64,000 nt of DNA from Octopus sinensis (taxonomy: Eukaryota): the NCBI RefSeq assembly GCF_006345805.1, contig NC_043011.1, forward strand, positions 54,820,464 through 54,884,463, read 5' to 3'. Both the position numbers and the translations under genes were made by a program. Under the pieces are notes generated by a model that did not search any database, was not told where the DNA came from, and saw only the letters and a list, made by a program, of their open reading frames with translations. Below, one piece after another: positions 24,914 to 38,689 of this stretch. Numbering within the stretch: the stretch's first letter is position 1; each line of letters begins with the position of its first letter.

Positions 24914-27900
24914 GCGTGTGTGTATAATATATATACACAATCTATACATGTAAAATATCCATGTGTATATGTGTGTATGTATATATACTTATATATAATA
25001 TACACACACACTTTTATACACTCTATATATGTAGAATATACATGTGTGTTTGTCCTCCAAGACTACCAGTGTTTGATGTATTTTGTGGGTCCTGTGCACT
25101 AAGTCCCTCATCTTTGTCCTTACCATTCCGGAATATATTCTATACGAAATGGCATTAGATTTCCTCTTAGCTGTGTTGTAATTATGTTAAAAGAGTAGTG
25201 CCAGCCATCTGTCTGGAAGTGATGGATTTAATTATTCATCACTTACACTGGAGACCCAGTGGAAGGTCGATAAATTTAGTATTAGTCAAATACCGGGTTC
25301 TACTTGATATCGATTAAACAAACTTTTCCTTCGTCGACAAAGTTAGGAATTAGTGTTTGGTAATGTTCTGTTTAGATGTGTAATAATGCTGACCCAAATC
25401 TTTTGCCGTATAAATAATGTATAAACTCGGCAACGATGCACTTTCTTGTGACTTCTCGTTTATGTGATGTAATGCTCTCACCTACATCGGCGCTACATAG
25501 CAACCATCACTGGTTCTTCTCTGCTGTTACCCTTCAAGATTAAGACAAAATAGTTTTATTATTGTTGAGCACTAATCACCACAGTATGAAAACTAAGGTG
25601 TGTGTGTTTTTTTTCCTATTGAAGGACGATGTTCAAGAGCTGTCGGTAAAGTCTACTATAGATACTTAACAAGGAATTGCGGGAGTGTCGAAGCTCCTAG
25701 AGGCTATAGGATTATTGTAGGTTGGTGTTAAGAGAAAGATGTTAGAATGTTATAAAAAGAAAAAAAAATTATTAGGTGTCAAATTAATCATTTGAGTGAG
25801 TATCTTTACTAACTCCACTCCTTGCCTATTTTGTGTCCCTCGGCGTGTTCTTGATGGATTACAAAAACACAATTTTAAACGCGGGGTGATAAAGAGAGAA
25901 AAATACCCCGAGGTTAGGGTAGTTTTGTCTGTTTGAAAGTATTTCATTAGTTTGTTAATTAAAATAGGAAGCTAAATTTAAAACGAAGCTGGCATGCCAA
26001 ATATTTATTACTCAATGTCTGTTCGTTGGAAATAGATATTTCTGCACTATACACTGTCCTTGTTACGTCTGGTAACTATAGTTCTGGGTCAATCACTCGA
26101 AGCTCTCAGCATGTCCGGCCTACCATCAAGCAACCAAATTTTAGGTTCTTAGTTTAAAGCTATCGTCGTTAATACCACTCAGACAGACATAATGTCACTC
26201 ATAGCTTCTAATAAATCTTTAATCTCGTTACTAAGGAAGGAATAAATAAATAGTATTCCTGCTTGCGTTCTTTTCCCTTCTGCTCTTCTCTTCCCTATTG
26301 CTTGATAAAGACACTTTGTATTACAGATGTTAGGGAATGCCCAATTCTACCAAGAACCAACAAAGCCTTTTAATTTCCTCTATTTTTATTAAGAAGTCTA
26401 CGAATCCAGATATAACTTCGTCGTTAATTGGGTTACTGTTTTAAACGGATTCCTAAAATGTTTTGGATCTCATTTCATTGGAATCTCTTCCTAGCCAAAT
26501 TGCAACATGTTGGTATCTATGATCTGACTACAAGCAAATATAAAATAAATGTTAACTATGGCAGTCTATATTTAACGGACGTATTGATTAGAAAAAAATA
26601 AGCCAACCCTTTCTGGGTATAGAAAATATATCGTACCATTGAAGTATTTAAGACGATTTTTATCTCACCCCTCAAATGTGAGGCCGTGTGCTTGTGTTTA
26701 GAAACCAATATTTCAGGTTGAGCTAGTAGCAGAGGTTTATGCTTGAAAAAGGCAGTTCCTCAATTTAATATGTAATAGATTCTGCATATTTTTGTTTTGT
26801 TTTGATGTTCCAATGAAGTCCAGCTCGTGTTAACATTAAGGGACTAGAATAAATATTCATCGTCACTAGAATAAAAGAAAGCAGAACTGAAGGAATTTAA
26901 TCATACACAGCTCAAACAATTGTTCATGTGGTATGGCGCTTGATCTCTGCATGGTTTAATGCTATGAATGTGATGCAAACCCATCAAATCTTTGAGACAT
27001 CACTGAAGACATATGCAGAGCCTTGTCTTCTAACTCTGCACCGTTACAAGGTACACTAACGAACAGGTGAACTGCACTGTAAATATTTGTTTGAGAGGCT
27101 CACCGATTTGAGTGAGTCATTGTGAGACAAACGGTTTTTTTTCTTCTAAAGACATGATGCAACCCCTCTCCCCCATCAACACTTCGTAATAGAAACCCTG
27201 TTTATTATTCTCCTGTCTTTGACTGTGATATTTTCACTACAGGGAACCCCTCTCCCCAAAAATCCAAATTCTTGCTCAGTGGAACCGGTGTCCTTCTTTA
27301 AAGTTTTGAAGTTTAGTTTTATATTTGTTTAGCTCACCCTCCTCCTCAATCTGCTTTGGTTTAAATATACTTGGGAGCTCAATCTTTAACTGGCCCTCTT
27401 TTTTTTTTAAGGGAGTTTACCATGTATTTGCTGCATTCCCTTGTTGGCTCTTTATATAGAAAAACTTCTTGGTGAAGATGGATCATGTCTTACTAAACCC
27501 CGTCTCTTACGAAAGTCAACCAGTTTACTACAAACATAGCCGATAGATTGGCTATCTTGATAGTTTATCTACTTCTTTGTTGTTATTTCACAAATTAGAT
27601 GCTACTAATTAAAACAACTATTTAGTAATTAAAACACGACCCTCTATATTTAGCTGTCCTATCAAAATATAAATGACCCTGTACTTGATTAATTCATGTC
27701 ATGTGTAATAACATGCTGCAAACCTGTCGATTGAATTATTGCACTTAAGTTACTAAATGTCTATTTATAAAGCAGGTGGGAAAGAAAATATAAATTAGCC
27801 GACTTAACCACAGTGTATTACTGGTATCTATTTAAATACGTTTGCAAGAATGAGCTATGTGAAATATGAGGAGGAACCTGATTGAAAAGCTTACGATTTA

Positions 27901-28814
27901 CGTTGCTTTTTCCCCCCCTCGTACTTTGTACTCTTTTGCTAACCACGAATTTATTTAAGGGCTAAGTTGTCATGACTTTATTATCTGCTGTTGCAAACTA
28001 GGTGTTGTAGGATCAATTTCAACTGATTGCTTTCACATTAAACTTTCATTTTATCTCTCAGAAAATTGAGTAAAATAATTTTTAAAACCTTCATATTTGA
28101 GACCTAAAAAAATTCCTCTCCCACACTTTTTTTTTTCTCTATCACATTGTTCATGTTTAATTCTTTTATAGTGGATTCTGTTTAACACCCCCTCTTTTCC
28201 CAGCTATTGAACCATAATATACACATGACAGCTAAATTTTGTCTTTTTTTTTTTTTTTTTTTTTTTTTTTGCCCAAAACAAAAGAAAAATAAGCAAGTTG
28301 AATAAAAAAGCAAATGTATTGTTTCTGAAGGATGCTAGTACATATCTATATACCACCTCCTCTCTTTCTTTCCCTTTATATCTGTATGTATATATACATA
28401 TAGCATGTAGAATATAATACATTTATATCTTGAAAGAAAACAAAATATATATCTATATATATATATATATATATATTCGTTGCAGTTTTTTCTGGTTACC
28501 TTCGTTTAATCCGAAAGACTGCAATGTTCATTCATTGCTCAATCTCTTCCTTCCTGTTTTTTTGTCATCCATCCATCCATCCATCCATTCATTTATATAA
28601 CAAAGCTTACAAAAAGTTTTAGAACTGAAAACCTGCTGGTATTTATAAATTTCCCCTGCCCCCCAATAAAAATATTTCTCAAATGAGAAAATATTTATTG
28701 CTTTTACTCTAATGCTGAATCTCAGAGTTTTGCTATCTTCTTTTCATGTTTTCTGTTTTTTTTTTTTAAGAATAAATATTCTTTCACTAAAATTGGAGAA
28801 AAAATTTTTGTTGT

Positions 28815-28848
<34 letters not shown>

Positions 28849-30361
28849 TTAAAACCTTCCTCTTTCAGATGTATTTTTAAATCCTTGAGAGTAGTTTTGT
28901 TACTGTTGACTCACTTTTTCAGTTTTATTTCTGGTCCTTTTTTCATTTGCCCTGAGTCTATACACACACCCACACACTTGTTGACATATTTCCCTAGGCA
29001 GAGTTTGAACTTTGAAACTTTAATAACTAATTCATGGTTAAAACTCTATAAAAAGTTCTGCAGATTTACTTCTGCATGTCCTTGGGTTGGATAGATTTTG
29101 TGTTTTGAGGCACTATTTTACAGCCAAATGCCTTTCCTATTTTATTGCCTTTTATGACATGCAGAGATGTGGTATATCCAGTCTAAAACTAGTATTAAAA
29201 TCTGTGTGCATGTGTAATATGTAGCTTCCATCCATGTATATCCTCTACACTGTAGAGTCCACAGCAAGACACATGTTCACTTCTCAACACTTGGTGTAAA
29301 AAAACCACTACTTTCTCTGCTTCTCATACTGATAATAGGGCTTTTAAAGTTTTTTTGCCTGGCAAGTTATATAATATTTTCATAAATGCTAGTGCCACAC
29401 ACACAAAGGTACCCAGTACACTTGTATAGAGTGAATGGTGTTGGGGTATCTAAGCAGACATTGAAGCTTGATGCAGTCCTTTGGCTGATCAGATGCTGTT
29501 GAGCCGTCTAACTTATGCTAGCATGGAAGATGATGTTAAATAATGATGGTAAATGTTTGTGTGTGTGTTTTGTTTAGGAACAACAGGAAGTCCTAAATAC
29601 TTGGAGTTCATTCTGTCAAAGCTACTCCAAGTTTTGTTTCCATAGAAACAGAAAACTGAAAGTAACAACAGAAAGCCGTCTCTGCTTTGAATATGTGTGT
29701 TTGGAAATAGGGGTCATGGTTGGAAGGTAGGACTGATTAAAACCTGATGTGGTACTACAGTCTGGTGAATAACATTTAGCATTGTGTATTTGGTAGTTTA
29801 GTCTCCTAACACCATTGGGTGATTGGAACATCCTTCATAATCCATATTCATGTTGTTTAGCCCCAGGTCAACTGTGATCAAGCAGAGATGATCATAAGCA
29901 TTCAAGTCATGATCATACCATCTATTTTAAAGTTATCCAAGACCACATCCATTCTGTTTTTTAAAATGTAGAGAGATTTGACTGCTGTTTCTAGCGATGG
30001 GTTCCTTTGGGTAATTTTTATGCATATTCTTTACCGATAGTAGGATACAGAGGGAATCGTGCCCCTTTCTCTTTGCCAGCTATAGACAGGGAGTGAATTT
30101 GAGCTCTACATTGGCAAACAGATCATTTAGGAATTATTGACTATATCAGTGATAAACACTGTTGCCATACGGGGTATATATATATATATGTTATGTGTAT
30201 ACTAGTGAGCAAACAAATGAAAGTAGCTCTCAATACTTTTGGTTGGAGCTCCTAGTCTATGATGAGATGGACGTATCCAATGCTCCCATGAAACTGTAAG
30301 TCATGTGGAGTTGTGAAATGGTTATTAAATTAGATATGTAGGCTAAGCTAGTGAGAACTTC

Positions 30362-30567
30362 AGTCTTTTAGCATAAAAACTAGCCAAATCCGGCCCAAAT
30401 ATTCCACCTGTTTTATGTGCAAACTGGTCAGATCTGGTCTCTTAGACCTATCCTAAAATGTTATTCTAAAAAGAAACAATCACATCATAGAAATTTTGAA
30501 GCTTCAGGATATGTGATTAAATAAGCATTTACATTTGACAGAATAATCTGAATGATGAAGGGTTAAA
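30362..30567. mobile_element. piggyBac-like MITE (family 2)
   Basis: Ends ...GAAGGG|TTAA. Homologous copies at ~36640-36838 and ~46490-46660. Confidence 0.5.
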
Positions 30568-31352
30568 ATTTTTTTCATTCTTATTAATCAACCCAGAGGA
30601 GTTACAGCAGTGTCCATGACTATTTTCCAAACCTGTATGGTAGGAGGAAGGAAGTTCTCCTCTGACCAAAGGCCTGGTCCAAATGTTTACAACAGAGTAG
30701 TCTCTGCTAAAGGTACCCAAGGTCCAGGTGGTGCTTTTAAACTGGGGCCAGGCCAGGTTATGCCTACCATCTAAGAACAGAAATTGACTTTCTGATGGGC
30801 TTCTCTACACTCTCTACTAAATTTCATTCACAAGGCTTTGGTCAGCCCGAAACTATGTTAGATGTTTGTCCAAGGTACTGTGTGATGGTATCAAACCCGA
30901 GACCATGTAGTTGCAATACCAGCCTCTTAATCACATGACCATGCCTATGCCACTTTTACATTTAAATAAAGGATTTCAAGTTACACTTGTCATGTTAGAT
31001 GGTTTCTTTTTATTTTAAGGTTGTCCCAATATCTCTCTCTCTCTCTCTCTTTTCTATTTATTATTTAAGATTGAAAAAGAGAATTTATTAAAATCTCTAA
31101 CATTTAATACTTCAGATTCAACCAGCTGAAACCAATTATTTTCCTTCTACATGGCAAAACTCTTAATTTTGAAGTGTTCATAGCGAATGAAGGCAGTGCT
31201 CAGTTCCTTCTCTAGAAGCATTTTGGTAATAATAAACTAAAACAAAAACCCATTGGAATTAAAAGCCTTCCACCACAATTATATGTAAGAACTAAGTTAA
31301 GGCTATACATACACCCACATTATATATATATATATATGTATTGTCGTCATGA

Positions 31353-31703
31353 CACTCCATTGGTTATGACGATGAGGGTTCCAGCTGATCCGATCAACGG
31401 AACAGTCTGCTTGTGAAATTAACATGTAAATGGCTGAGCACTCCACAGCCACGTGTACCCTAAACGTAGTTCCCAGGGAGAATCAGTGTGACAAGGTTGG
31501 CCCTTTTTGAAATACAGGTACAACAGAAACAGGAAGAGTGAGAGAAGGTTGTGGTGAAAGAGTACAGCAGGGTTCGCCCCCCCCCCTGCTGCTAGAGCCT
31601 CATGGAGCTTTAGCTCAAAGACTCAAGACGCCCAGTCTGGGAATCAAAACCACAATCCTATGACCACGAGTCCACTGCCCTAACTACTGGGCCATTGCAC
31701 CTC
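31353..31703 (-). mobile_element. tRNA-derived SINE (family C)
   Basis: Homologous to 1872-2256. Confidence 0.85.
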
Positions 31704-31821
31704 TCTCTCTCATATAATATATATGTAAAATTTTATAGGGTGGTGAAAAGTTTTTTAGAAATTTCACCACATGTGGCCTAGGATGTATAAAAAGTCAATA
31801 GACAATATATTCTCAATATAA

Positions 31822-31891
31822 AAGAGAAAACTACCTTTAATAGGTAATTTTTACACGTGTAAAAATTACCTATTGATGGTAGTTTTCTCTT
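31822..31891. repeat. 70-bp loopless palindrome centred on ACACGTGT
   Basis: 35-bp arms with 2 mismatches. Confidence 0.95.
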
Positions 31892-32099
31892 GTGTTTAAA
31901 TGTACGCAAATCAACAAAATGCAGATTATGAAGAAAGTTATTAATTCCAGGTTAATTGAAGTAGTGTATTTCATCTGACACGTGGTCATAAAAGATTTTT
32001 TGATTTTTTTGAAATTAGGAATAAATTATGACTTATTCAGTGCAGCACCTTGTGTTAGACTGTCATGTGTTCAGAGGGGGTTATTAATGGCTTTTATCA

Positions 32100-32326
32100 A
32101 GCTGGCAGAACCGTTAGCATGCCAGGCGAAATGCTTAGCAGTATTTCACCTGTTGCTACATTCTGAGTTCAAATTCCATCGAGATCGACTTTGCCTTTCA
32201 TCCTTTCGGGATTGATAAAAGATAAAATTAGTACCTGTTGAGCATTGGGGTAGATGCAATTTACTATCCCCCGCACTCAAATTTCAGGCCTTGTGCCTAT
32301 AATAGAAAGGATTATTATTATTATTA
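32100..32326 (+). mobile_element. SINE family B (alternative tail), degenerate
   Basis: Head, B-box and body present, with tail GCCTTGTGCCT...AGAAAGG(ATT)n. Confidence 0.8.
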
Positions 32327-33254
32327 GCTGTGGGCTAAAAACATAAACCTTTGGACTATGACAAATCCAGTGTTCATATCTATAAATCTATCCTGGCACC
32401 TGTTGACACTTAATCTATTCTACACATAACATATATATAAAGCTAATTTTATACATGCATATATAATACTTGAGAGTTAATTTTCTATTTATTTTGAATA
32501 CATGAAAGTTAAATTTATATATATAAAGCTAATTTTATTCACACACATACATACATATATATATATATGTGTGTGTCTGTGTGTGATACTTGAAAGTTAA
32601 TTTTATCTATATTATATTTATACTGAATACTTGAAGATTAAATTTATATATATAGTGCAGATATGGAATATTTGAGAGCTAATTTTATCCATACATACAT
32701 GCATTTATAAATGTATTTCTGCAAGTGATGACGATAGTGATATCCTACCCATGCCAGCATGGAAAGTCAATGTAAAATTATATATATTCTACACTTGAAA
32801 GCCAATTTAACACAGACAGACAGATAATCTTGAAATGCTGTGTCCTCAAAAAAAAAAAAAACCATGTTCGTACTGTATACATTTATAACAAAGTGTTATG
32901 TGTACACTCAGCAGTCTCATGTCTTTGCATGGTATTTAAAATATGCTTTATAGTATTGTGTACAAATATACTATATAGTACTTTTATATATACAATGTAT
33001 TTTTTTAAATGTATGTGTGTATGTGCATTTACATACACACACAGGCAAACAACCAGCTGTTGGCAACCACTTGAGGTTTTCAGTTTTTTTTTTTTGTTAA
33101 TGAGGTTTATTTGTCTTGCTGATGTCTTTCATAAATGTATGAATGTCACTGAATCCTCCTTCTCTCCCTGCTCATGAAACTACTCTCTTACCATCAGGTT
33201 TTCAAAAATGTTATTGGATATTTTTTTTTGTTTTATTTTGTATGCTTTAGAAAG

Positions 33255-33260
33255 AATAAA
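33255..33260 (+). terminator. Candidate distal polyadenylation signal AATAAA
   Basis: Follows a U/UGUA-rich 3'UTR-like block (32830-33250) and precedes a GU/U-rich downstream element. Assignment to MID1IP1 is inference. Confidence 0.35.
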
Positions 33261-34232
33261 ACTATTTTATTTTACCATTATATATTTGTGTTTTTGTCGT
33301 ATATGAATTATTGTTTTAACCTATTTCATTTCATTATTCTTACACCCATTTCCGTTCTCTCTCTCTGTCTCTTACTCTCCTCCTCACCTTCTCTCATTCT
33401 CCCTCTCTCTCTCATGACTGTGTGGTTAAAAAGATCATTCCACAACCTTGTGATTTTAAGTGCAGCCCTAGTGTATCACGAGGGCAAGTCTCTTCCACTG
33501 CAGCCCTTGTCTGGACAATGTTTTGTCACTGAATTTGGCAGACAAAAACTGTGGTAAGCCTGCTATGCATTCTGATCCTGCGGTCATCTTTACTTGCAAA
33601 GTCTTCAGTGTAAGTATGTGGTTTGTGAGGGTCGACCGCATCCTCCACTTCATTCTTTGTAAATCACTCATTCTCATTTAATTATATATATTTTAATTGT
33701 TTGTTTCTTCATACATTACGTCTCATTTGATACCCTGACCCCAATGTTTGTTTTGTCTGTCCTCGTATCGTCCCCTCTTTTTCTCAACCTTATGGTGAAT
33801 AAAGAAATTCTCTCTCTCTCTCTCTCTACTCCCTCTCTCTTTCTCTCTGTCCTATTCCCCTATTACCCTTAGTCATCTGAGCAAATGTACACACCCTAGG
33901 CTATTGACCACTCTTACTTTCATGTCCTTCCTCCTCAGCTACCCATTCTGGCCCTTCTACTGCCATTGCTCTGTCACCTGTTCCCCTCCTCAGTCTACAA
34001 GGTGCATTCCAGAAGTTGTGATACTTCTGTAATTGTAATTTTAGTCTATCATTAGTATACATCCAATAAGCTGACCTGCCAACTTTTGTTATTCCAGATT
34101 GGAGCAGATAGCTGTAACACCGCTTTGAGCACGACCTACTAAACACTGCTGGTCGGAGTTGACCAGTTTGCAGAATGCAGTCACAGTTTGAAAATAATTT
34201 GGAAGCTCACTTGTAATAAATATTTGTGTTGA

Positions 34233-34451
34233 CCCTTTCGTTACCAACCTGGCTGAAACCAGCTCTGGCTCTGAGTACAAATCTCTTGTTTTCATAAGTT
34301 TTGAATTAAAATCTTCCACCAAGTCTTAGTCACCCATTTATATTCCCAACACTAGCTGAATAATAACCAAGTTATTTTACTAAATTCTTTGTTATATTTA
34401 AAATTAATTGAAAGAAACACAGAACATCTCAACAGAAATATGGTAAAAGGG
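34233..34451. mobile_element. piggyBac-like MITE (family 1)
   Basis: CCCTTTCGTTACC...GGTAAAAGGG with TTGA/TTAA flanks. Confidence 0.7.
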
Positions 34452-34482
34452 TTAAAATATATAACAGAGAGACAATTCTTAA

Positions 34483-34703
34483 CCCTTTAGATAACAATCT
34501 GGCTGAAACCGCCTCAGGCTCTGAGTACAAATGTCTTGTTCTCATAAGTTTTTAATTAAAATCTTCCACCAAACCTTAGTCACTGTTTGTGTTCCTAACA
34601 CTAGCTGAATAATAACCAAGTTATTTTACTAAATTCTTTGTTATATTTAAAGTAACTGAAAGAAACACAGAACATCTGAAAATAAATACAGTCAACGGAA
34701 GGG
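34483..34703. mobile_element. piggyBac-like MITE (family 1), adjacent copy
   Basis: TTAA|CCCTTT...GAAGGG|TTAA, homologous to the preceding copy. Confidence 0.75.
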
Positions 34704-34843
34704 TTAAACTAGGCAAAAAACGCTACAGAAACGTTTGCTAACATCTATTTTCCAATGGTACAAGAGGCTAGGCAAAGCTCATATACACACACACACACAC
34801 ATATATACATACACACATATGCTCATACATAAATATGTGTGTG

Positions 34844-34879
<36 letters not shown>

Positions 34880-35487
34880 GATATAAGTATATACATATAT
34901 ATAAGTATACTCATAGAAATATATGATATGTATGCACATATATATATATAGGTTGTGTGTGTGTTTATACATGTCAGAATGCTTACATATACACATACAC
35001 ACACACATACCTCTGTACTTGGGAATGTCCAAGACAAAGAACCAGTGAATGAATGTTCTAGTGAATGAATGTCTACTCACATTATATCAAAGCTTCTTTA
35101 TAAAACAATGTTCTCTGTGTACCTTTGTGGAGTTCACACAAACAGGCGTCTCTTTATGTTCTGAATCACATACACGACAACTTGCTAATAACCAAGAGAA
35201 AAGTAGGGACCATCCAGTTGGCATCATCAATTAAACTATCTTCAGTATTTGGCCCCTAGTGGGTGTTTTTTGATGGACACAGCAAAACAAATACTGACTG
35301 TGGACAACTGCTCTTTAAACTGAAACTGGGGTCACTGCTTTAGCAATTATTAAAATTCATGGTTAAACACATCTTTACCAATAACGTAGCCTGTCAATAG
35401 TTTAACCAGTAAGACGTTAATTGTTTGGCTCTCAACTTTGTGCTATTTTGCATTTAATTCGAAGGACCCATATTGCTAAGAAAATAT

Positions 35488-36033
35488 TAGGCGTAGGAGT
35501 GGTTGTGTGGTAAGTAGCTTGCTTACCAGCCTCATGGTTCAGGGTTCAGTCCCACTGCGTGGCATCTTGGGCAAGTGTCTTCTACTATAGCCTTGGGCCG
35601 ACCAAAGCCTTGTGAGTGGATTTGGTGGATGGAAACTGAAAGAAGCCCATCGTATATCATCATCGTTTAACATCCATTGTCCATGCTAGCATGGGTTGGA
35701 TGGTTCAACTAGGGTCTGGGAAGCCCGAAGGCTGCACCAGGCCCAGTCAGATCTGGCAGTGTTTCTACAGCTGAATGCCCTTCCTAATGCCAACCACTCG
35801 TGAGGTAGAAGAAACATATATATATATATATGTGTGTGTATTTGTCCCCCCAACATCACTTGACAACCGATGGTGGTGTGTTTACATCCCCGTACTTATG
35901 GTTTGGCGAAAAAGAGAAGGTAGGATAAGTACTAGGCTTACAAAGAATAAGTCCTGGGGTCGATTTGCTCGATTAAGGCGGTGCTCCAGCATGGCCCAGT
36001 CAAATTACTGAAACAAGTAAAAAGAGTAAAGAG

Positions 36034-36067
<34 letters not shown>

Positions 36068-36295
36068 GTGTTTGTTGTGTGTCTGTGTTTGTCCCCCCCC
36101 CACACACACACACATCGCTTGACAACCAATGCTGGCATGTTTATGTCCCCGTAACTTAGCGGTTCAGCAAAAGAGACTGATAGAATAAGTACTAGGCTTA
36201 CAGAAAATAAGTCCTGGGCTCGATTTGCTCGACTAAAGGCAGTGCTCCAGCATGGCCACAGTCAAATGACTGAAACAAGTAAAAAAATTGTAAGA
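35488..36295 (+). mobile_element. Family-A SINE interrupted by an RTE tail (35663-35805), followed by a second SINE 3' half
   Basis: Direct homology to the other family-A and RTE-tail copies. Confidence 0.75.
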
Positions 36296-36435
36296 GTAAT
36301 CCTTTCTTCTGTGAGTCTGTAAATGCGCAACAGCAGACAGTTTCAAGGAACTCAGTGATGCTGTTCACATTTTGTTTGAGATCTAAAATAAAGTCTGCAA
36401 ATTTGTTGACAATTCCATGCCATGCAACTGTTTCA

Positions 36436-36635
36436 CCCTTTCGTTACCAACCCGGCTGAAACCAGCTCTGGCTCTGAGTACAAATGTCTTGTTTTCATAA
36501 GTTTTGAATTAAAATCTTCCACTAAACCTTAGTCACAATTTATGTTAACCAAGTAATTTTACTAAATTCTTTGTTATATTTAAAGTGATTGAAAGAAACA
36601 CAGGACATCTGAAAATAAATACAGTAATGAAAGGG
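36436..36635. mobile_element. piggyBac-like MITE (family 1)
   Basis: CCCTTTCGTTACC...GAAAGGG|TTAA. Confidence 0.7.
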
Positions 36636-36991
36636 TTAAACATTCAGATTATGATGTCAAGTGTTTTGAATTAATCGTTCATTATCTTATAAGCTTTGAG
36701 ATTTTAATGATGTGATTGTTTATTTTGAGAATAACATTGTAGGGTAGCTGTGGGAGTTCAAATCTGACCAGTTTTGAACATAAAATAGGTTGAATATTTT
36801 GGGCTCGGTAGGGATGGTTTAAATGCCAAAGGGTCAATTATCATCTTGATGGTTTTATAATTTGATGCAATTATTTCTCTTTCGCAGCACCGTTTATGAA
36901 CTGCGATAGTTGCAGTGAATGTCACAAAACACTTTATTTTCACAAATTGCATCAGCCAATGTTTGTGACTGTGTCAGAGCTGGTGCCATGC

Positions 36992-38261
36992 ATTGGGTTG
37001 TCCGGAAAGTTCGTACCAATTTTTAAAGGAAAGAAAAAGGACAATAAATACTTGCCATTACATTTTTAATCAACCAGATATGAACCATTTTATTGCACAA
37101 TGCATCTCCCTTTTTCCTTTAACTTGAAAATACCCTCTTCCCAGAATTTAGGTGGTTTCATGGCAAAGAATTCATCAAGGTATCTTCTTACATCATCCAA
37201 GGAATTGAAATTTTTACCATTAAGACTATTCTGCAGAAACCTGAATAAGTGGAAATCCGAAGGAGCAATATCTGGTGAATATGGAGAGTGGAGTAACACA
37301 TCCCAGCCGAGCTGCAGCAATTTTTGTCTGGTTCCCAAAGAAACGTGCCATCTTGCATTATCAAGTTGGAAAACAACACCCTTCCTGTTGGCCAATTCTG
37401 GACGTTTCTCTTGAATTGCTGCTTTTAACTCATCCAGTTGTGTGCAGTGTTTCTCAGAATTAATTGTCTGGTTACCTGGGAGAAGCTCATAGTACAGAAT
37501 TCCTTTGCAATCCCACCAGACACAAAGCAAGACTTTTCTAGGGTGAAGACCTGCTTTAGGTGGCTCATGTTGCTTACTCCAGGATCACTTTCTCTGAACA
37601 TTTCGGTAGATAATCCATTTCTCATCACCTGTCACAATTTGCTTTAAAAAAGGCACGCTTTTATTCCATTTATAAAGCGAATCACAGATGGAAATGTGAT
37701 CCAAAAGGTTCTTCTCACTCAACTCATGTGGCACCCAAACATCATAGCGATTTGTGTACCCAAGCTTTACCAAGAGCTCATGAATGACGGATTTTGATAG
37801 GTTGAGGCTTTCTGCCAATTCTCGGGTTGTGCAATGTGGGTTATTCTCAATTAATGACTTGATTTGGTCATCCTCTGTAGTGGATTGTCTGCCTGATCGC
37901 TCTTTATCAATAAGGCTACAATCTCCAGCTCGGAACCTTGCGAACCACTTCCGTACAGTTCTTTCAGATAAAGAAACATCACCGTAAACTGTGCATATTT
38001 CTTTGGTTGCTTGTGAGGCATTTTTCTCTTTGCGGAAAAAGAAAAGCATCAAGTGTCATAAATGAACTTTCTTATCTTCCATTTTAAAGGATTACAGAAT
38101 TAACACAGGTTATAGGAACATAAACCTTCCACGAAAAGATAGCTTAAACTGTGCTCTAAATGGAGGTGTAGTCAAATCCTATTTTATGGACTCAACCATG
38201 TTCTAAAATAAGTCGAAAGGTAAGCTACTATAAATTGGCATGAACTTTCTGGACAACCCAA
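36992..38261 (-). mobile_element. Near full-length mariner (DD34D) element with pseudogenised transposase (38082 to ~37090)
   Basis: TIRs ATTGGGTTGTCCGGAAAGTTCGTACCAATTT / AAATTGGCATGAACTTTCTGGACAACCCAAT. Motifs WVPHEL, TGDEKW, DNAR, HSPYSPDIAPSDF. In-frame stops at codon 9 (38056-38058) and 37585-37587, plus an abnormal C-terminus. Confidence 0.95.
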
Positions 38262-38264
38262 TAA

Positions 38265-38440
38265 AATGCACCCAGTACACTCTGTAAAATGGTTGGCATT
38301 AGGAAGGGCACCCAGCTGTAGAAACCATGCCAAAACAGACACTGGAGTCTGGTATGGCTCCTGGCTTTGCCACCTCCCATCAAACTATCCAACCCATGCC
38401 AGCATGGAAAACAGATATTAATGATGATGATGATGATAAA
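38265..38440 (+). mobile_element. RTE 3' UTR copy
   Basis: GGCATTAGGAAGGGCA...CATGCCAGCATGG with a (GAT)n tail. Confidence 0.75.
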
Positions 38441-38689
38441 TGTTGTCGATTCGCTAATATCAGCCACAAATATGCCCCTATTATGATTAAGTACAAGAAC
38501 TCTTTCTCCTGGTTCCACCAGTTTTATAGCAAAAGCAGTTAAGTGTGGGACTTTGGTAAGGAAGGCAACTGTGTTTGTTTCCTTTCTTGGTTTCTTCACA
38601 CATTTTCTCCATGTATGATGGTTCCAAGCTTTTATCCCCTTTATATCATCTGTCCATTTGTCTATCCATCCACCCATCCATTCATCCAT

